DNA of 64,000 nt from Gemmatimonadota bacterium (GCA_965207805.1 OZ242312.1:1268050-1332049); one strand, 5' to 3'. Positions 14,197 through 24,667 are shown, counted from the stretch's first letter. The notes: generated by a model from the sequence alone, not told the origin. Numbers and translations: made by a program.

Positions 14197-15978
14197 TTAG
14201 TCCCCGCCGAACTCGGCAACCTTGAATCCCTCGCGAAGCTGCGACTCGGACACAACAACCTGGAAGGGCGCGTCCCGCCGGAGTTGGGGCGGATGAGGAA
14301 CCTGGAGTGGCTGGACCTGGCGCATAATCCGCGGCTGAGCGGTCCCCTTCCGTCGACGTTCGCGGACCTCGGGAGACTGGGGCGGTTCGAGTGGACGGGG
14401 ACCGGGCTTTGCGTGCCGGAGGATCCCGTCCTGCTGGACCAGTCGAGCCGCTGGCGCATGCCGCGTTGCGACAGGAAGGCGTTGACTGGTTCGCAGGCGT
14501 ACCTCACGCAGGCGGTCCAGTCGCTCGAATTCCCGGTACCGCTGATCGAAGGCAAAGCGGCGCTGCTGCGAGCGTTCGTGATCGCGCCACGGCCCACGGG
14601 CGCGGAGATCCCCGACGTGCGCGCGACGTTCTTCTACGGGGAAGAGGAGATTCACGCCGTCGATATCCCCGGGAAATCGACGCCTCTCCCCATCGATCTC
14701 GCCGAGGCGGAGGCATCGCTCGAAAAGTCGGCCAACGCCGACATTCCCGGATGGGTCGTAAGACCCGGCGTCGAATTGGAGATCGAGGTCGATCCGGCCG
14801 GAACGCTGGATCCCGGACTCGGGGTGTCGCCCCGGATTCCGGAGTCCGGCCGCCTGCGGCTGCCGGTTGAACGGATGCCCACCTTCGGCCTTACGGTGGT
14901 CCCCTTCCTGTGGAGAACCCAGCCGGATTCAACGGCGATCGACCTCGCCGCGGAGATGGCGGCGAACCCCGAAGGACACAGGCTGCTGTGGGAAACCATC
15001 GACCTCCTCCCGGTCGACGATCTGAGCGTCGAGGCGCACGAGCCCGTACTGACGTCGAGCAACGATTCGGACGCGCTTCTCGATGAAGTGGGCGCCGTCC
15101 GCGTCATGGAGGGAGGGCGGGGTTACTACATGGCGGCGCTCTCGGGCGAGGCCACTGGCGCCTGGGGGGTGGCGTGGATCCCGGGATGGACGAGCTACGT
15201 GCGTCTGGGCGTTTCGAGCCAGCCCGAGGAGGCGCTCACGATAGCGCACGAACTCGGGCACAACCTGAGTCTCTTCCACGCCCCGTGCGACGTGGGGGCT
15301 ACGCTGGATCCCGCGTATCCCTTCCCCGATGGATCAACGGGCGCGTGGGGGATCGATTCGCGCTCCGGCGAGGCCGTTCTCGTGCCGGCGACGACAGCAG
15401 ATTTCATGTCCTACTGCGTCCCGGCCTGGATCGGCGACTACCATTTCGGGAAGGCGGCGGCCTATCGCACCATAGCCGCGGCGTCCGATACCCCCGCACC
15501 GCCCACGGCCACCATGCTCCTCTGGGGCGGCGCGGAAGCCGATGGCACGCCGTATCTGAACCCGGCCTTCGCGGTCGACGCGCCCCCCGCGCTGCCGACC
15601 TCCGACGGCGAGCACGAGATCGTCGGACGCGCGGCCGATGGCCGCATCCTCTTCTCGTTGAGCTTCGACATGACGCCCGTCGCCGATAGCGAAGGGAGGC
15701 TGGGGTTCGCGTACGCCGTCCCCGTCCAGGGGGAGACGGCCGCCCTTCTTGCGGAGATCACGCTTTCCGGTCCGAGCGGGGCCGTAACGGTGGACCGGAA
15801 CACGAACGAACCGGCCGTCATCCTGCGCGACCGGCTCAGCGGACAGGTGCGCGGCGTGCTGCGGGACCTGCCGCAGTCCATGCGAACGCTGGCCGATGCC
15901 GTGACCGGACTCGACGTCGGGCCGGACGTCGAAGTCCTGTTCAGCCGCGGGATCCCGCCCAGCGACCGCAAACCGTAA
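14197..15978 (+). pseudogene. LRR + HExxH zinc metalloprotease (M66-like) surface protein, 5'-truncated
   Basis: Frame opens after an in-frame TGA at 14194 in mid-repeat (VPAELGNLESLAKLRLGHNNLEGRVPPELG). AHELGHNLSLFH zinc motif; no signal peptide. Confidence 0.8.
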
Positions 15979-16087
15979 GAACAGCCCTCCGCGGGCCGGG
16001 GGTAGCGTCTACATCGCGTTGCGCGGAGTGCTTGGCGCGGAGCAAGTTGGGGGCTCCGTTCGGCGATCCTTCGACCTGCGAGCTGCC

Positions 16088-18730
16088 ATGCGTATCGGCC
16101 CCGCTCCCGTTCTCGTTCTTTCCGTCGGCGTCATCCTCGGCTGCGAACCCGGCGACGGCGCGCCCGGCGTGGCCGGCGAGCCGGGGCTGCTCGAGTCCGC
16201 CTCGGCCCGGCCCGTAGCGCCGCTCCTCGACGAAGAGCCGCCGCCCGCGTTCGGCGCCTATCCCGGCGTGCGGCACGGCGGCAACTACATGCACAACTAC
16301 TACCTGCCGCCGGCACCGGGGACGACGCCGTGGTTCCCCACCTGGTCGCCGGACGGCGAGTCGATCGCGGTGGGGATGGCCGGCTCCGTGTGGGAAGTGG
16401 ACGTGGAGACGGGCGACGCCACCGAACTCACGCGCGGGGGCACGTACCACTCGTCCCCCTCCTACTCTCCCGATGGCCGCTGGATCGCGTACACGGCCGA
16501 CTACGGCGGCGAGCGCATCCAGCTTGAGATCCTCGATACGGAAACGGGTGAGACGCGCGCGCTCACGGACGACCGCTTCGTGTACGCCGACCCCGTGTTC
16601 TCTCCCGACGGCGGACGCCTCGCCTACGTGTCGAGCGCGCCCAACGGGTACTTCAACGTCTACATCCGGGACGTGGCGGACGGCGACTGGGCGGGGCCCG
16701 AGATCGCGGTCACGAGCGACAACTCCTACGGCAACAACCGGCTCTACTTCGGGCCCATGGACATGTATATCTCGCCCGCATGGATGCCGGACGGCGAGGA
16801 ACTCCTCCTCGTCTCGAACCGCGACGTGCCGCTGGGCTCGGGGAATGTGATCCGGGTCCCGGCGCGCGCGGACGGGATCCTGGAGGCGCAGACCGTGCTG
16901 CGGGAGCAGACGCTGTACCGCACGCGGCCCGACGTGTCGCTGCACGGCCGGCGCTTCGTCTACTCGTCGACGGCGGGGGCGGCGGACCAGTTCAACAACC
17001 TGTACGTGCAGCCGACGACGGGCGGGGAGCCGTACAAGCTCACCTTCTTCGAGCACGACGCCTTCCACCCGCGCTGGTCGCCCGATGGGGAGACGATCGC
17101 CTACATCACGAATGAGGGCGGCCTCCCCCAACTGGAACTCATCGAGACCTACGGCGGCGGCCGGCGGCGGATCGAGATCGGGGAGCGTACCTACGCGGGG
17201 CCGACGGGCATGCTCTCGGTCACGGTGCGCACGGATGCGAGCGGGCGGGACCCCGTTCCGGCGCGCGTCACCCTCCTGGGGCCGGACGGCAAGTACCACG
17301 CCCCGCCCGACGAATACGCGCGGATCGGCCAGCGCGGGCGCTATCCGGCCTTCCACACCGACGGGACGTTCACAGTCGCGCTCCCGCCGGGCGAAGCGGA
17401 CCTCACCATCGTGAAAGGCTTCGAGATCGAGCCGCAGCGCATGAAGGTGGCGATCGAGGCCGGGGAGACGGTGGACCTGGCGGTCACGCTGCACCGGTTC
17501 GCGGACCTCTCGGCGGACGGCTGGCACAACGGCTCCACGCACGTCCACATGAACTACGCGGGGAACCTCCACAACTCGCTCGAGAACCTGATGTTCATGT
17601 CCGCGGCGGAGGACCAGGACATCGTGAACGAGCAGGTGGCGAACAAGGACAACCGGATCCTGGACCACCAGTTCTTCGTGCCCGGGGGCGGGGAGCACCC
17701 GGTGTCGGCGGAGATGGAGGACATGGTCGTCATCGTGGGGCAGGAGTACCGGCCGCCGTTCTACGGACACGTGTTCATGTTCGGGATGCGCGACCACCTC
17801 ATCTCGCCCTTCACGACGGGATACGAGGGGACGGCGATCGAGAGCCTGTATCCGTCGAACACGGACATGATGCGGAAGGCGAAGGACCAGGGGGCGACGA
17901 CGGGCTACGTCCACCCCTACTTCGGCGACGTGGACCCGCTCACGTTCGGGCTGATGGGCGGGAAGGGGTTCATGGTCGACGCCGTGCTGGGGACGAGCGA
18001 CGCGCTCGAGTGGTCCACGGCTGAGCGGGCGGGGTTCTTCCCGCTCTACGCGCTGTGGAGCAACGACGTGCGGGTCTGCGCGACCGGCGGAGAGGACTCG
18101 ATCAGCAACCTGCACGCCACGCCGCTCGTGGGCGCCATGCGGACGTACGTGCGCCCGCCGGATGGGCGCCTGACGGCGGACGGATGGTTCGAGGGCCTGC
18201 GCGGCGCTGCGGCGTTTGTGACGAACGGGCCGCTCGTCGAACTCACGGTAAACGGGGAGATCCCGGGTTCCGTCCTGGATCTGGGCGCGGACGCGACGAG
18301 CGTCGAGGTGGAGGCCAACGTGCGGTCGATCGTGCCGCTGACCCGCGCCTGGCTCGTGCGCGACGGGGAGGATGTCCTCGAACTCGAACTCTCGGAGGAC
18401 CGCATGTCCGCCTCGTTCTCGGGCGACATCGAGATCGACGGCAGCGGCTGGATCCACCTGCGGGCGGAGGGAGAGCCGGAGGAACGGTTCCCGCTCGACG
18501 CGGCCTATCCGCAGGGGTTCACGAACCCCGTCTGGTTCACGGTCGGAGGCGAGGCGATCCGCGACGCGGCGGGGGCGCAGTACGGCCTCGACTGGATCGA
18601 CGAACTCGAACGCCAGGCGCGGGAGTGGCCCGGCTGGCGGTCGCAGTCGGAACAGGACCACGTCTACGCCCAGTTCGAGGAGGCCCGGGACGTGTACCGC
18701 CGGTTGCTGGCCGAAGCCGGCGGCGGGTGA
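16088..18730 (+). CDS. Lipoprotein: TolB-like PD40 propeller fused to CehA/McbA-type PHP metallohydrolase
   Basis: ILGC lipobox, repeated PxWSPDG motifs, STHVHMNY, GQEYRP, YVHP and GGEDS. Confidence 0.85.
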   Translation: MRIGPAPVLVLSVGVILGCEPGDGAPGVAGEPGLLESASARPVAPLLDEEPPPAFGAYPGVRHGGNYMHNYYLPPAPGTTPWFPTWSPDGESIAVGMAGSVWEVDVETGDATELTRGGTYHSSPSYSPDGRWIAYTADYGGERIQLEILDTETGETRALTDDRFVYADPVFSPDGGRLAYVSSAPNGYFNVYIRDVADGDWAGPEIAVTSDNSYGNNRLYFGPMDMYISPAWMPDGEELLLVSNRDVPLGSGNVIRVPARADGILEAQTVLREQTLYRTRPDVSLHGRRFVYSSTAGAADQFNNLYVQPTTGGEPYKLTFFEHDAFHPRWSPDGETIAYITNEGGLPQLELIETYGGGRRRIEIGERTYAGPTGMLSVTVRTDASGRDPVPARVTLLGPDGKYHAPPDEYARIGQRGRYPAFHTDGTFTVALPPGEADLTIVKGFEIEPQRMKVAIEAGETVDLAVTLHRFADLSADGWHNGSTHVHMNYAGNLHNSLENLMFMSAAEDQDIVNEQVANKDNRILDHQFFVPGGGEHPVSAEMEDMVVIVGQEYRPPFYGHVFMFGMRDHLISPFTTGYEGTAIESLYPSNTDMMRKAKDQGATTGYVHPYFGDVDPLTFGLMGGKGFMVDAVLGTSDALEWSTAERAGFFPLYALWSNDVRVCATGGEDSISNLHATPLVGAMRTYVRPPDGRLTADGWFEGLRGAAAFVTNGPLVELTVNGEIPGSVLDLGADATSVEVEANVRSIVPLTRAWLVRDGEDVLELELSEDRMSASFSGDIEIDGSGWIHLRAEGEPEERFPLDAAYPQGFTNPVWFTVGGEAIRDAAGAQYGLDWIDELERQAREWPGWRSQSEQDHVYAQFEEARDVYRRLLAEAGGG

Positions 18731-20349
18731 GCGGGAGGAGCCCGTACCGCACCGACCTCACGCCGCTCGAGTTCCTGCGGCGGAGCGCGTTCGTGTACCC
18801 CGACAAGGCCGCGGTCGTGCACGGGGACCGCAGCTACTCCTACCGCGAGTTCGAGCTTCGCGTGCGGCGGCTGGCGGCGGGGCTGCTCGGGGCCGGGCTG
18901 GAGCCGGGCGACCGGGTGGCCTTCCTGTCGCCGAACACGCCGCCCATGCTCGAGGCGCACTACGGGGTGCCGGCCGCGGGCGGCGTGCTCGTCACGATCA
19001 ACACGCGGCTCGGCACGGGCGAGATCGCCTACATCCTGGAGCACAGCGGCGCGCGGTACCTGTTCGTCGACCGGGCCCTCGAGAGCCTCATCGACGGGGA
19101 CGCGCTGCGCGGCCGCGGAGTGACGGTCGTGCCGATCGACGATACCGGGGCGCCCAACGACCCCTACGAGGCGTTCCTCGCCGCCGGCCCCGATTCCGGT
19201 CCGGAGTCCGCTTCCGGCTCGGCCGGGCTGCCGCCGCTGCCGGCCGGCCCCGCGGACGAAGAAGCCCCGATCTCGATGAACTACACGTCGGGGACGACGG
19301 GCCGTCCCAAGGGCGTCGTCTACACGCACCGCGGCGCGTACCTGAACGCGATCGGGGAACTCATCGAGATGGAGATGACGCCGGGCGCCGTCTATCTCTG
19401 GACCCTCCCCATGTTCCACTGCAACGGGTGGTGCTTCACGTGGGCGGTGACCGCCATCGGCGGCACGCACGTGTGCCTGCGGGAGGTCGATCCCGGCCGC
19501 ATCTGGGCGCTGATCGAGTCGGAGGGCGTCACGCACTACTGCGGGGCGCCGACCGTGCAGATCATGCTCGTCAACGATCCGGCGGCCCGGCCGCTGGAGC
19601 ACCCCGTGCGGACGATGATCGCGGGAGCGCCGCCCTCACCGACCCTGCTGGAGCAGTTGAAGGCGCTTAACTTCCACCCGATCCACGCCTACGGCCTCAC
19701 GGAGACGTACGGCCCCACGGCGACCTGCGCCTGGCACGCGGACTGGGACGGGCGCCCGCCCGCCGAGCAGGCGCGGTTGCTCGCCCGGCAGGGCCAGGGG
19801 TTCGTCACCTCCGATCTCATGCGGGTCGTTGACGAGGAGGGCGGGGACGTGCCGCGCGACGGCGCGACGATGGGCGAGGTCGTGATGCGCGGGAACATCG
19901 TCATGAAGGGCTACTACGCGCAGCCCGAGGCCACCGACGAGGCGTTCTGCGGAGGCTGGTTCCACTCGGGGGACCTCGCCGTGTGGCACCCCGACGGCTA
20001 CGTGGAACTCCGCGACCGGGCCAAGGACGTCATCATCTCCGGCGGCGAGAACATCTCCACCATCGAGGTCGAGCAGACCATCGCCGGCCACCCCGCCGTG
20101 CTGGAGTGCGCCGTCATCGCCATCCCCCACGACGAATGGGGCGAACGCCCCAAGGCCTTCGTCACGCTGAAACCGGAAGCCGACGCCACGGAGGCGGAAA
20201 TCATCGACTTCTGCCGGGACCGGATCGCCCACTTCAAGTGCCCCGACGCGGTCGACTTCGGCCCCCTCCCCAAGACCTCCACCGGCAAGGTCCAGAAGTA
20301 CATCCTCCGCGACCGCGAATGGACCGGCCGCGACAAGCGCATCAACTGA
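18727..20349 (+). CDS. Acyl-CoA ligase (AMP-binding; fatty-acid/DmdB-like)
   Basis: LTPLEFL, NYTSGTTGRPKGV, MFHCNGW, YGLTETYGP, WFHSGDL, PKTSTGK; GTGA overlap with the upstream gene. Confidence 0.93.
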   Translation: MSGRSPYRTDLTPLEFLRRSAFVYPDKAAVVHGDRSYSYREFELRVRRLAAGLLGAGLEPGDRVAFLSPNTPPMLEAHYGVPAAGGVLVTINTRLGTGEIAYILEHSGARYLFVDRALESLIDGDALRGRGVTVVPIDDTGAPNDPYEAFLAAGPDSGPESASGSAGLPPLPAGPADEEAPISMNYTSGTTGRPKGVVYTHRGAYLNAIGELIEMEMTPGAVYLWTLPMFHCNGWCFTWAVTAIGGTHVCLREVDPGRIWALIESEGVTHYCGAPTVQIMLVNDPAARPLEHPVRTMIAGAPPSPTLLEQLKALNFHPIHAYGLTETYGPTATCAWHADWDGRPPAEQARLLARQGQGFVTSDLMRVVDEEGGDVPRDGATMGEVVMRGNIVMKGYYAQPEATDEAFCGGWFHSGDLAVWHPDGYVELRDRAKDVIISGGENISTIEVEQTIAGHPAVLECAVIAIPHDEWGERPKAFVTLKPEADATEAEIIDFCRDRIAHFKCPDAVDFGPLPKTSTGKVQKYILRDREWTGRDKRIN

Positions 20350-20378
20350 CCGCCGCCTGGAGCCCGTCCAGGACCTGA

Positions 20379-20398
20379 GACGTTCCCGCGGGAACGTC
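20379..20398. repeat. Perfect 20-bp palindrome GACGTTCCCGCGGGAACGTC
   Basis: Read directly in the intergenic region upstream of the cytochrome c gene. Confidence 0.75.
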
Positions 20399-20472
20399 AG
20401 GGAGCTTGACGCCCCTCGCCCTCCGCGAAGATCATCCACGGGTTCGGGATCACGCGACTTCAACCCCTTCGA

Positions 20473-21261
20473 ATGCCTCCCATGTTCACGCCGGCTCGGA
20501 AAAAACTCCTGCTGGCCGTGCTGGTGCTCTCATTCGGAGTCCAGACGGGGCTGGTGTATTCGGACGTGCGCAGCGAGCCGCTGTCGAAGGCGGCGCGCGA
20601 AGGACGTGCGCTCTGGCAGGCGTATGCCTGTCAAACCTGTCACCAGTTCTACGGTCAGGGGGGATTCCTCGGGCCGGATCTGACGAATGCCGCGAGCCGG
20701 GTTGATTCGACCCGGCTCGTTTCGTTGTTGACGGTGGGGAGCGGGCAGATGCCGCCGCTCGGGTTCAGCGACGGAGAGACGGCGGCGATGGCGGCCTTCC
20801 TGCGCGAGATGGACCGGCCGGAGATCGGCCGTGGCGAACTGCGGATGGGGACGCCGGGGGAGGGCGCCGGGGCGCAGGCCGCGTTCGAGCGCGCAATCGA
20901 GGCGATGCTCGGGGCGGATCAGGACCTGGCCGAAGTCGCCGCCGGGTTCGAGGCCTACCGGATCCGGCCTTGCAGCGCGTGCCACTTCCCGTTCCGCGAC
21001 TCGCCCGTCGGGGCGCCGGACCTGTCGCTCGCCGCCGGGTCGCTCGCGCCCGACTCGCTTGATCAGGTTCTTGCCGAGGGCCGCCCCCTGCTGGGCATGC
21101 CGCCCCCCGTGCCACCGCTCGACGACGCGGACCGCGCCGCGCTCACCGCGTTCCTCGAGTTCCTGAGCGCGAACCGCGAGCAACTGGAGGCCGCGACGGA
21201 GGCGCTCGCGGCGGGCCGACGCCTCGACTGGGGCGCGCTGCCGTGGTGGGAGTACCCGTGA
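20473..21261 (+). CDS. Membrane-anchored diheme cytochrome c, NorC-like N-terminal domain
   Basis: TM helix, CQTCHQFYGQGGFLGPDLTN and GQMP axial Met, second motif CSACH. Confidence 0.88.
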   Translation: MPPMFTPARKKLLLAVLVLSFGVQTGLVYSDVRSEPLSKAAREGRALWQAYACQTCHQFYGQGGFLGPDLTNAASRVDSTRLVSLLTVGSGQMPPLGFSDGETAAMAAFLREMDRPEIGRGELRMGTPGEGAGAQAAFERAIEAMLGADQDLAEVAAGFEAYRIRPCSACHFPFRDSPVGAPDLSLAAGSLAPDSLDQVLAEGRPLLGMPPPVPPLDDADRAALTAFLEFLSANREQLEAATEALAAGRRLDWGALPWWEYP

Positions 21262-22658
21262 AGCCCTTCGCCGCCGGCCACCCCGCGCACCAGTTCGCCG
21301 TGCTGACCTTCCTCCGCGGCGGGCTCATTGCGATCGCGATCACGCTCGTGGGCGGCATCCTCGCCGCGTTCTACTCCGTGCCGTCGCTCGCCCCATGGTT
21401 CCAGCAGATCGGCCTCGACCTGCGCCAACTGCGGCCGATCCACACCGTCTTCGCCTCGGCCTGGGTCTTCCTCGGCGGCGTCGCGGTCGTGTACCGCTTC
21501 CTTCAGGACGAGGGTCCGCCGACGCCGGGCGACCGCTGGCGCCTCCGGGTCCAGGTCCTGACCTGGGCGGCCGCCGGCCTCGGGATCCTGATCACGCTCG
21601 GCCTCGGCATCGGATCGGGCCGCGAATACGTCGGCTTCCATCCCTTCTTCTCCCTCCTCATCCTCGCGGGCTGGATCTGCTACGCGTGGAACTTCTTCCG
21701 CCTCGCCGGGAGGCGGTTCTGGGAGCGGCCGGTGTACGTGACGATGTGGGGGGTGGGGCTGCTCTTCTTCATCGTCACCTTCGTGGAACAGCACATGTGG
21801 CTGATCCCGGGGATCTTCGGGGACCCGGTGCAGGACATGCGGATCCAGTGGAAGGCGACGGGCACCCTCGTCGGCAGCTTCAACCTGTTCGTCTACGGCT
21901 CGGTGATCTACCTGGGCGAGCGGATCTCGGGAGACCCCGCGTACGGGCGCTCGACGACCGCGTACATGCTGTTCGCGGTGGGACTGCTCAACTCGTTCAC
22001 GAACTTCGCGCACCACACCTATCACCTTCCGGGGCGGGAGTCGGTGAAGTGGATCGCCTTCGTCGTGAGCATGATGGAGATCATCGTGCTCGCGCGGGCC
22101 ATGTTCGACCTGTGGCGGGCGCTCCGGACGCCGAGCGACCCCGCGTTCTGCGCGGCCCGCGGCTCGTTCGCGGCGGCGAAGTGGTGGACGTGCGCGGTCC
22201 TGTTCGGTGCGATCCTCATCTCCGTTCCGCCCTTGAACGCGGTGATTCACGGGACGTATGTCGTCACGGGACACGCGATGGGGGCGATGATCGGCATCGA
22301 CACGATGATCCTGCTGGGGGCCGCGATCTGGATCCTGAGCGAGCACTTCCAGGCGCGCGAGGGGGAGGACGCGTGGGATACGCTCCACACGCCGGCCATG
22401 CGCTGGAGTCTCATCGGGCTGAACCTCTCGGTGGCGGCGCTCGTGCTCTGGCTGCACGTGGTGGGGACGGCGGTCGGCGTGACGCGGGCGGTGCACGCGC
22501 CGGGCGAGACCTACGTGCCGCCGGACTGGGTGTCGGCCTGGAGCGGGATCGGGTTCGCGGTCTTCGGCACGCTGTCGCTGGTCTTCTTCGGGTGGCTCCT
22601 CGCACAGCTCATGTCGCCCGCCTTCCGCTACTTCCGGGTGTCGGAGGAACGGGCATGA
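21258..22658 (+). CDS. Divergent heme-copper oxidase superfamily subunit I (NorB-like)
   Basis: About 12 hydrophobic helices, RPIHT, GREY, AHHTY, SMME and HGTYVVTGH motifs; several canonical ligands substituted. Confidence 0.82.
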   Translation: MKPFAAGHPAHQFAVLTFLRGGLIAIAITLVGGILAAFYSVPSLAPWFQQIGLDLRQLRPIHTVFASAWVFLGGVAVVYRFLQDEGPPTPGDRWRLRVQVLTWAAAGLGILITLGLGIGSGREYVGFHPFFSLLILAGWICYAWNFFRLAGRRFWERPVYVTMWGVGLLFFIVTFVEQHMWLIPGIFGDPVQDMRIQWKATGTLVGSFNLFVYGSVIYLGERISGDPAYGRSTTAYMLFAVGLLNSFTNFAHHTYHLPGRESVKWIAFVVSMMEIIVLARAMFDLWRALRTPSDPAFCAARGSFAAAKWWTCAVLFGAILISVPPLNAVIHGTYVVTGHAMGAMIGIDTMILLGAAIWILSEHFQAREGEDAWDTLHTPAMRWSLIGLNLSVAALVLWLHVVGTAVGVTRAVHAPGETYVPPDWVSAWSGIGFAVFGTLSLVFFGWLLAQLMSPAFRYFRVSEERA

Positions 22659-24646
22659 CGGCGTCGCGGGCGAGGAGCCAGCCGGGCGTGACGGGCGCGA
22701 GCGGGCCGCTGTGGACGCCGGATCCCGACTTTGCCGCGACGACGAACATGGCGCGCTTCACGCGCTACGCGAACGAGGCCTGCGGGGCGGCGGCCGACTC
22801 CCCGGAGGCGCTGTGGCGCTGGTCGATCCGCGAGCCGGCGGCGTTCTGGAACGCGGTGTGGGACTTCTGCGGCGTCATCGGGGAGCGGGGGGAACGCGTG
22901 GTCGTCGACTTCGACCGCCTGCCGGGGGCGCGCTGGTATCCGGATGCGCGGCTGAACTACGCGGAGAACCTGCTGCGCCGCCGCGACGACGGCCCGGCGC
23001 TCCTCTTCAGGGCCGAGGACCGCCTCCGCCGCGACCTCTCCTGGGCCGAGCTCTACGACACCACGTCCCGCCTCGCCCAGGCGCTGGACGCGCTCGGAAT
23101 CGAACCGGGCGACCGCGTGGCCGGCTACGTGCCCAACATGCCGGAGTCCATCGTGTACATGCTCGCCTCGGCGAGCCTCGGAGCCACGATCTCGACCGCC
23201 TCGCCCGACTTCGGCGTGCAGGGCGTGCTCGACCGCTTCGGCCAGATCGAACCGCGCGTCCTCCTCGCGGCCGACGGCTACTTCTGGCAGGGGAAGCGGT
23301 ACTCGAGCCTCGACCGCCTGCCGGAGATCGTGCGGCGCCTCCCCTCGGTGGAGCGCGTCATCATCGTCCCCCACACCGAGCCGGATCCGGACGTCTCGGC
23401 GATCCCCCACGCCGTCCTGTTCGACGACTTCATCGGCCCGTGGAGCCCGCGGGAGATCGAATTCCGGCGGCTCCCGTTCGACCATCCCCTCTACATCCTC
23501 TTCTCCTCCGGCACGACCGGGGTCCCGAAGTGCATCGTCCACGCGGCGGGCGGCATCCTCCTCACCCACCTGAAGGAGCATCAACTGCACGCGGACATCC
23601 GGCCGGGCGACCGCACCTTCTACTACACGACCTGCGGGTGGATGATGTGGAACTGGCTGTCGTCGGCGCTGGCGAGCGAGGCGACGGCGGTCCTGTACGA
23701 CGGATCGCCCTTCCATCCCGGGCCGCACGTCCTGTTCGACTACGCGGACGAAGTACGCATGACCCAGCTCGGTGTGTCCGCGAAGTTCATCGACGCGCTC
23801 GGGAAGGAGGGCCTCCGGCCGCGGGAGACGCACGATCTCTCCTCGGTGCGGACGATGCTTTCCACGGGGTCTCCCCTCGTCCCGGAGGGGTTCGACTACG
23901 TGTACCGCGACGTGAAGCCCGACGTCCACCTCGCCTCGATCTCGGGCGGGACCGACCTGTGCGCCGGGTTCGTGGTGGGACACCCGCTCCTCCCCGTGTG
24001 GCGGGGCGAGATACAGGCGCCGTCGCTGGGCATGGACGTGGATGTGTGGGATGAAGAGGGGCGGTCGATGCCGACGGGGAAGGGGGAACTCGTCTGCAAG
24101 GCGCCCTTCCCGTCGGTGCCGACGGGGTTCTGGGGAGACGACGACGGGAGCCGCTTCCACGCGGCGTACTTCGACATGTATCCCAACGTCTGGCGGCACG
24201 GCGACTGGATGGAGTGGACGGAACACGGCGGCGCGGTGATCTACGGCCGCTCCGACGCGACGCTGAACGCGGGCGGCGTGCGGATCGGGACGGCGGAGAT
24301 CTACCGGCTCGTGGACCGGATGCCGGAGATTCTGGAGTCCATCGTCATCGGGCAGCCGTGGGAGAACGACACGCGCGTCGTGCTCTTCGTGCGGCTCGCG
24401 GAGGGCCGGAGCCTGGACGAAGATCTGGAGGCGCGGATCCGAAGCGAGATCCGGGAGCACGCCTCGCCCCGGCACGTTCCGGCGCGGATACTGGAGGTGG
24501 CGGACATCCCGCGCACGAAGAGCGCCAAGATCTCGGAACTCGCCGTGCGGGCCGTGGTACTGGGAGAGTCGGTCAAGAACGTCGAGGCGCTCGCCAACCC
24601 CGAGGCCCTCGACGACTACCGCAACCGCCCGGAACTCCAGGCGTAG
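22655..24646 (+). CDS. Acetoacetate-CoA ligase
   Basis: LNYAENLL, ILFSSGTTGVPKCIVH, TTCGWMMWNW, SISGGTD, GRSDATLN; ATGA overlap with the NorB-like gene. Confidence 0.93.
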   Translation: MTASRARSQPGVTGASGPLWTPDPDFAATTNMARFTRYANEACGAAADSPEALWRWSIREPAAFWNAVWDFCGVIGERGERVVVDFDRLPGARWYPDARLNYAENLLRRRDDGPALLFRAEDRLRRDLSWAELYDTTSRLAQALDALGIEPGDRVAGYVPNMPESIVYMLASASLGATISTASPDFGVQGVLDRFGQIEPRVLLAADGYFWQGKRYSSLDRLPEIVRRLPSVERVIIVPHTEPDPDVSAIPHAVLFDDFIGPWSPREIEFRRLPFDHPLYILFSSGTTGVPKCIVHAAGGILLTHLKEHQLHADIRPGDRTFYYTTCGWMMWNWLSSALASEATAVLYDGSPFHPGPHVLFDYADEVRMTQLGVSAKFIDALGKEGLRPRETHDLSSVRTMLSTGSPLVPEGFDYVYRDVKPDVHLASISGGTDLCAGFVVGHPLLPVWRGEIQAPSLGMDVDVWDEEGRSMPTGKGELVCKAPFPSVPTGFWGDDDGSRFHAAYFDMYPNVWRHGDWMEWTEHGGAVIYGRSDATLNAGGVRIGTAEIYRLVDRMPEILESIVIGQPWENDTRVVLFVRLAEGRSLDEDLEARIRSEIREHASPRHVPARILEVADIPRTKSAKISELAVRAVVLGESVKNVEALANPEALDDYRNRPELQA

Positions 24647-24667
24647 CAGGGCGACGTGGCCGGCGGA

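Noticed and set aside
21395-22654. 1083-aa fusion ORF extending acetoacetate-CoA ligase upstream
   Set aside because: The extension is an Arg/Pro-rich off-frame read of the NorB-like gene; the real start is ATG 22655 with an RBS.
15941-24475. Long minus-strand ORFs (15941-18661, 21063-22496, 22628-24475)
   Set aside because: Antisense ORFs caused by high GC3; the plus-strand genes carry the recognisable motifs.
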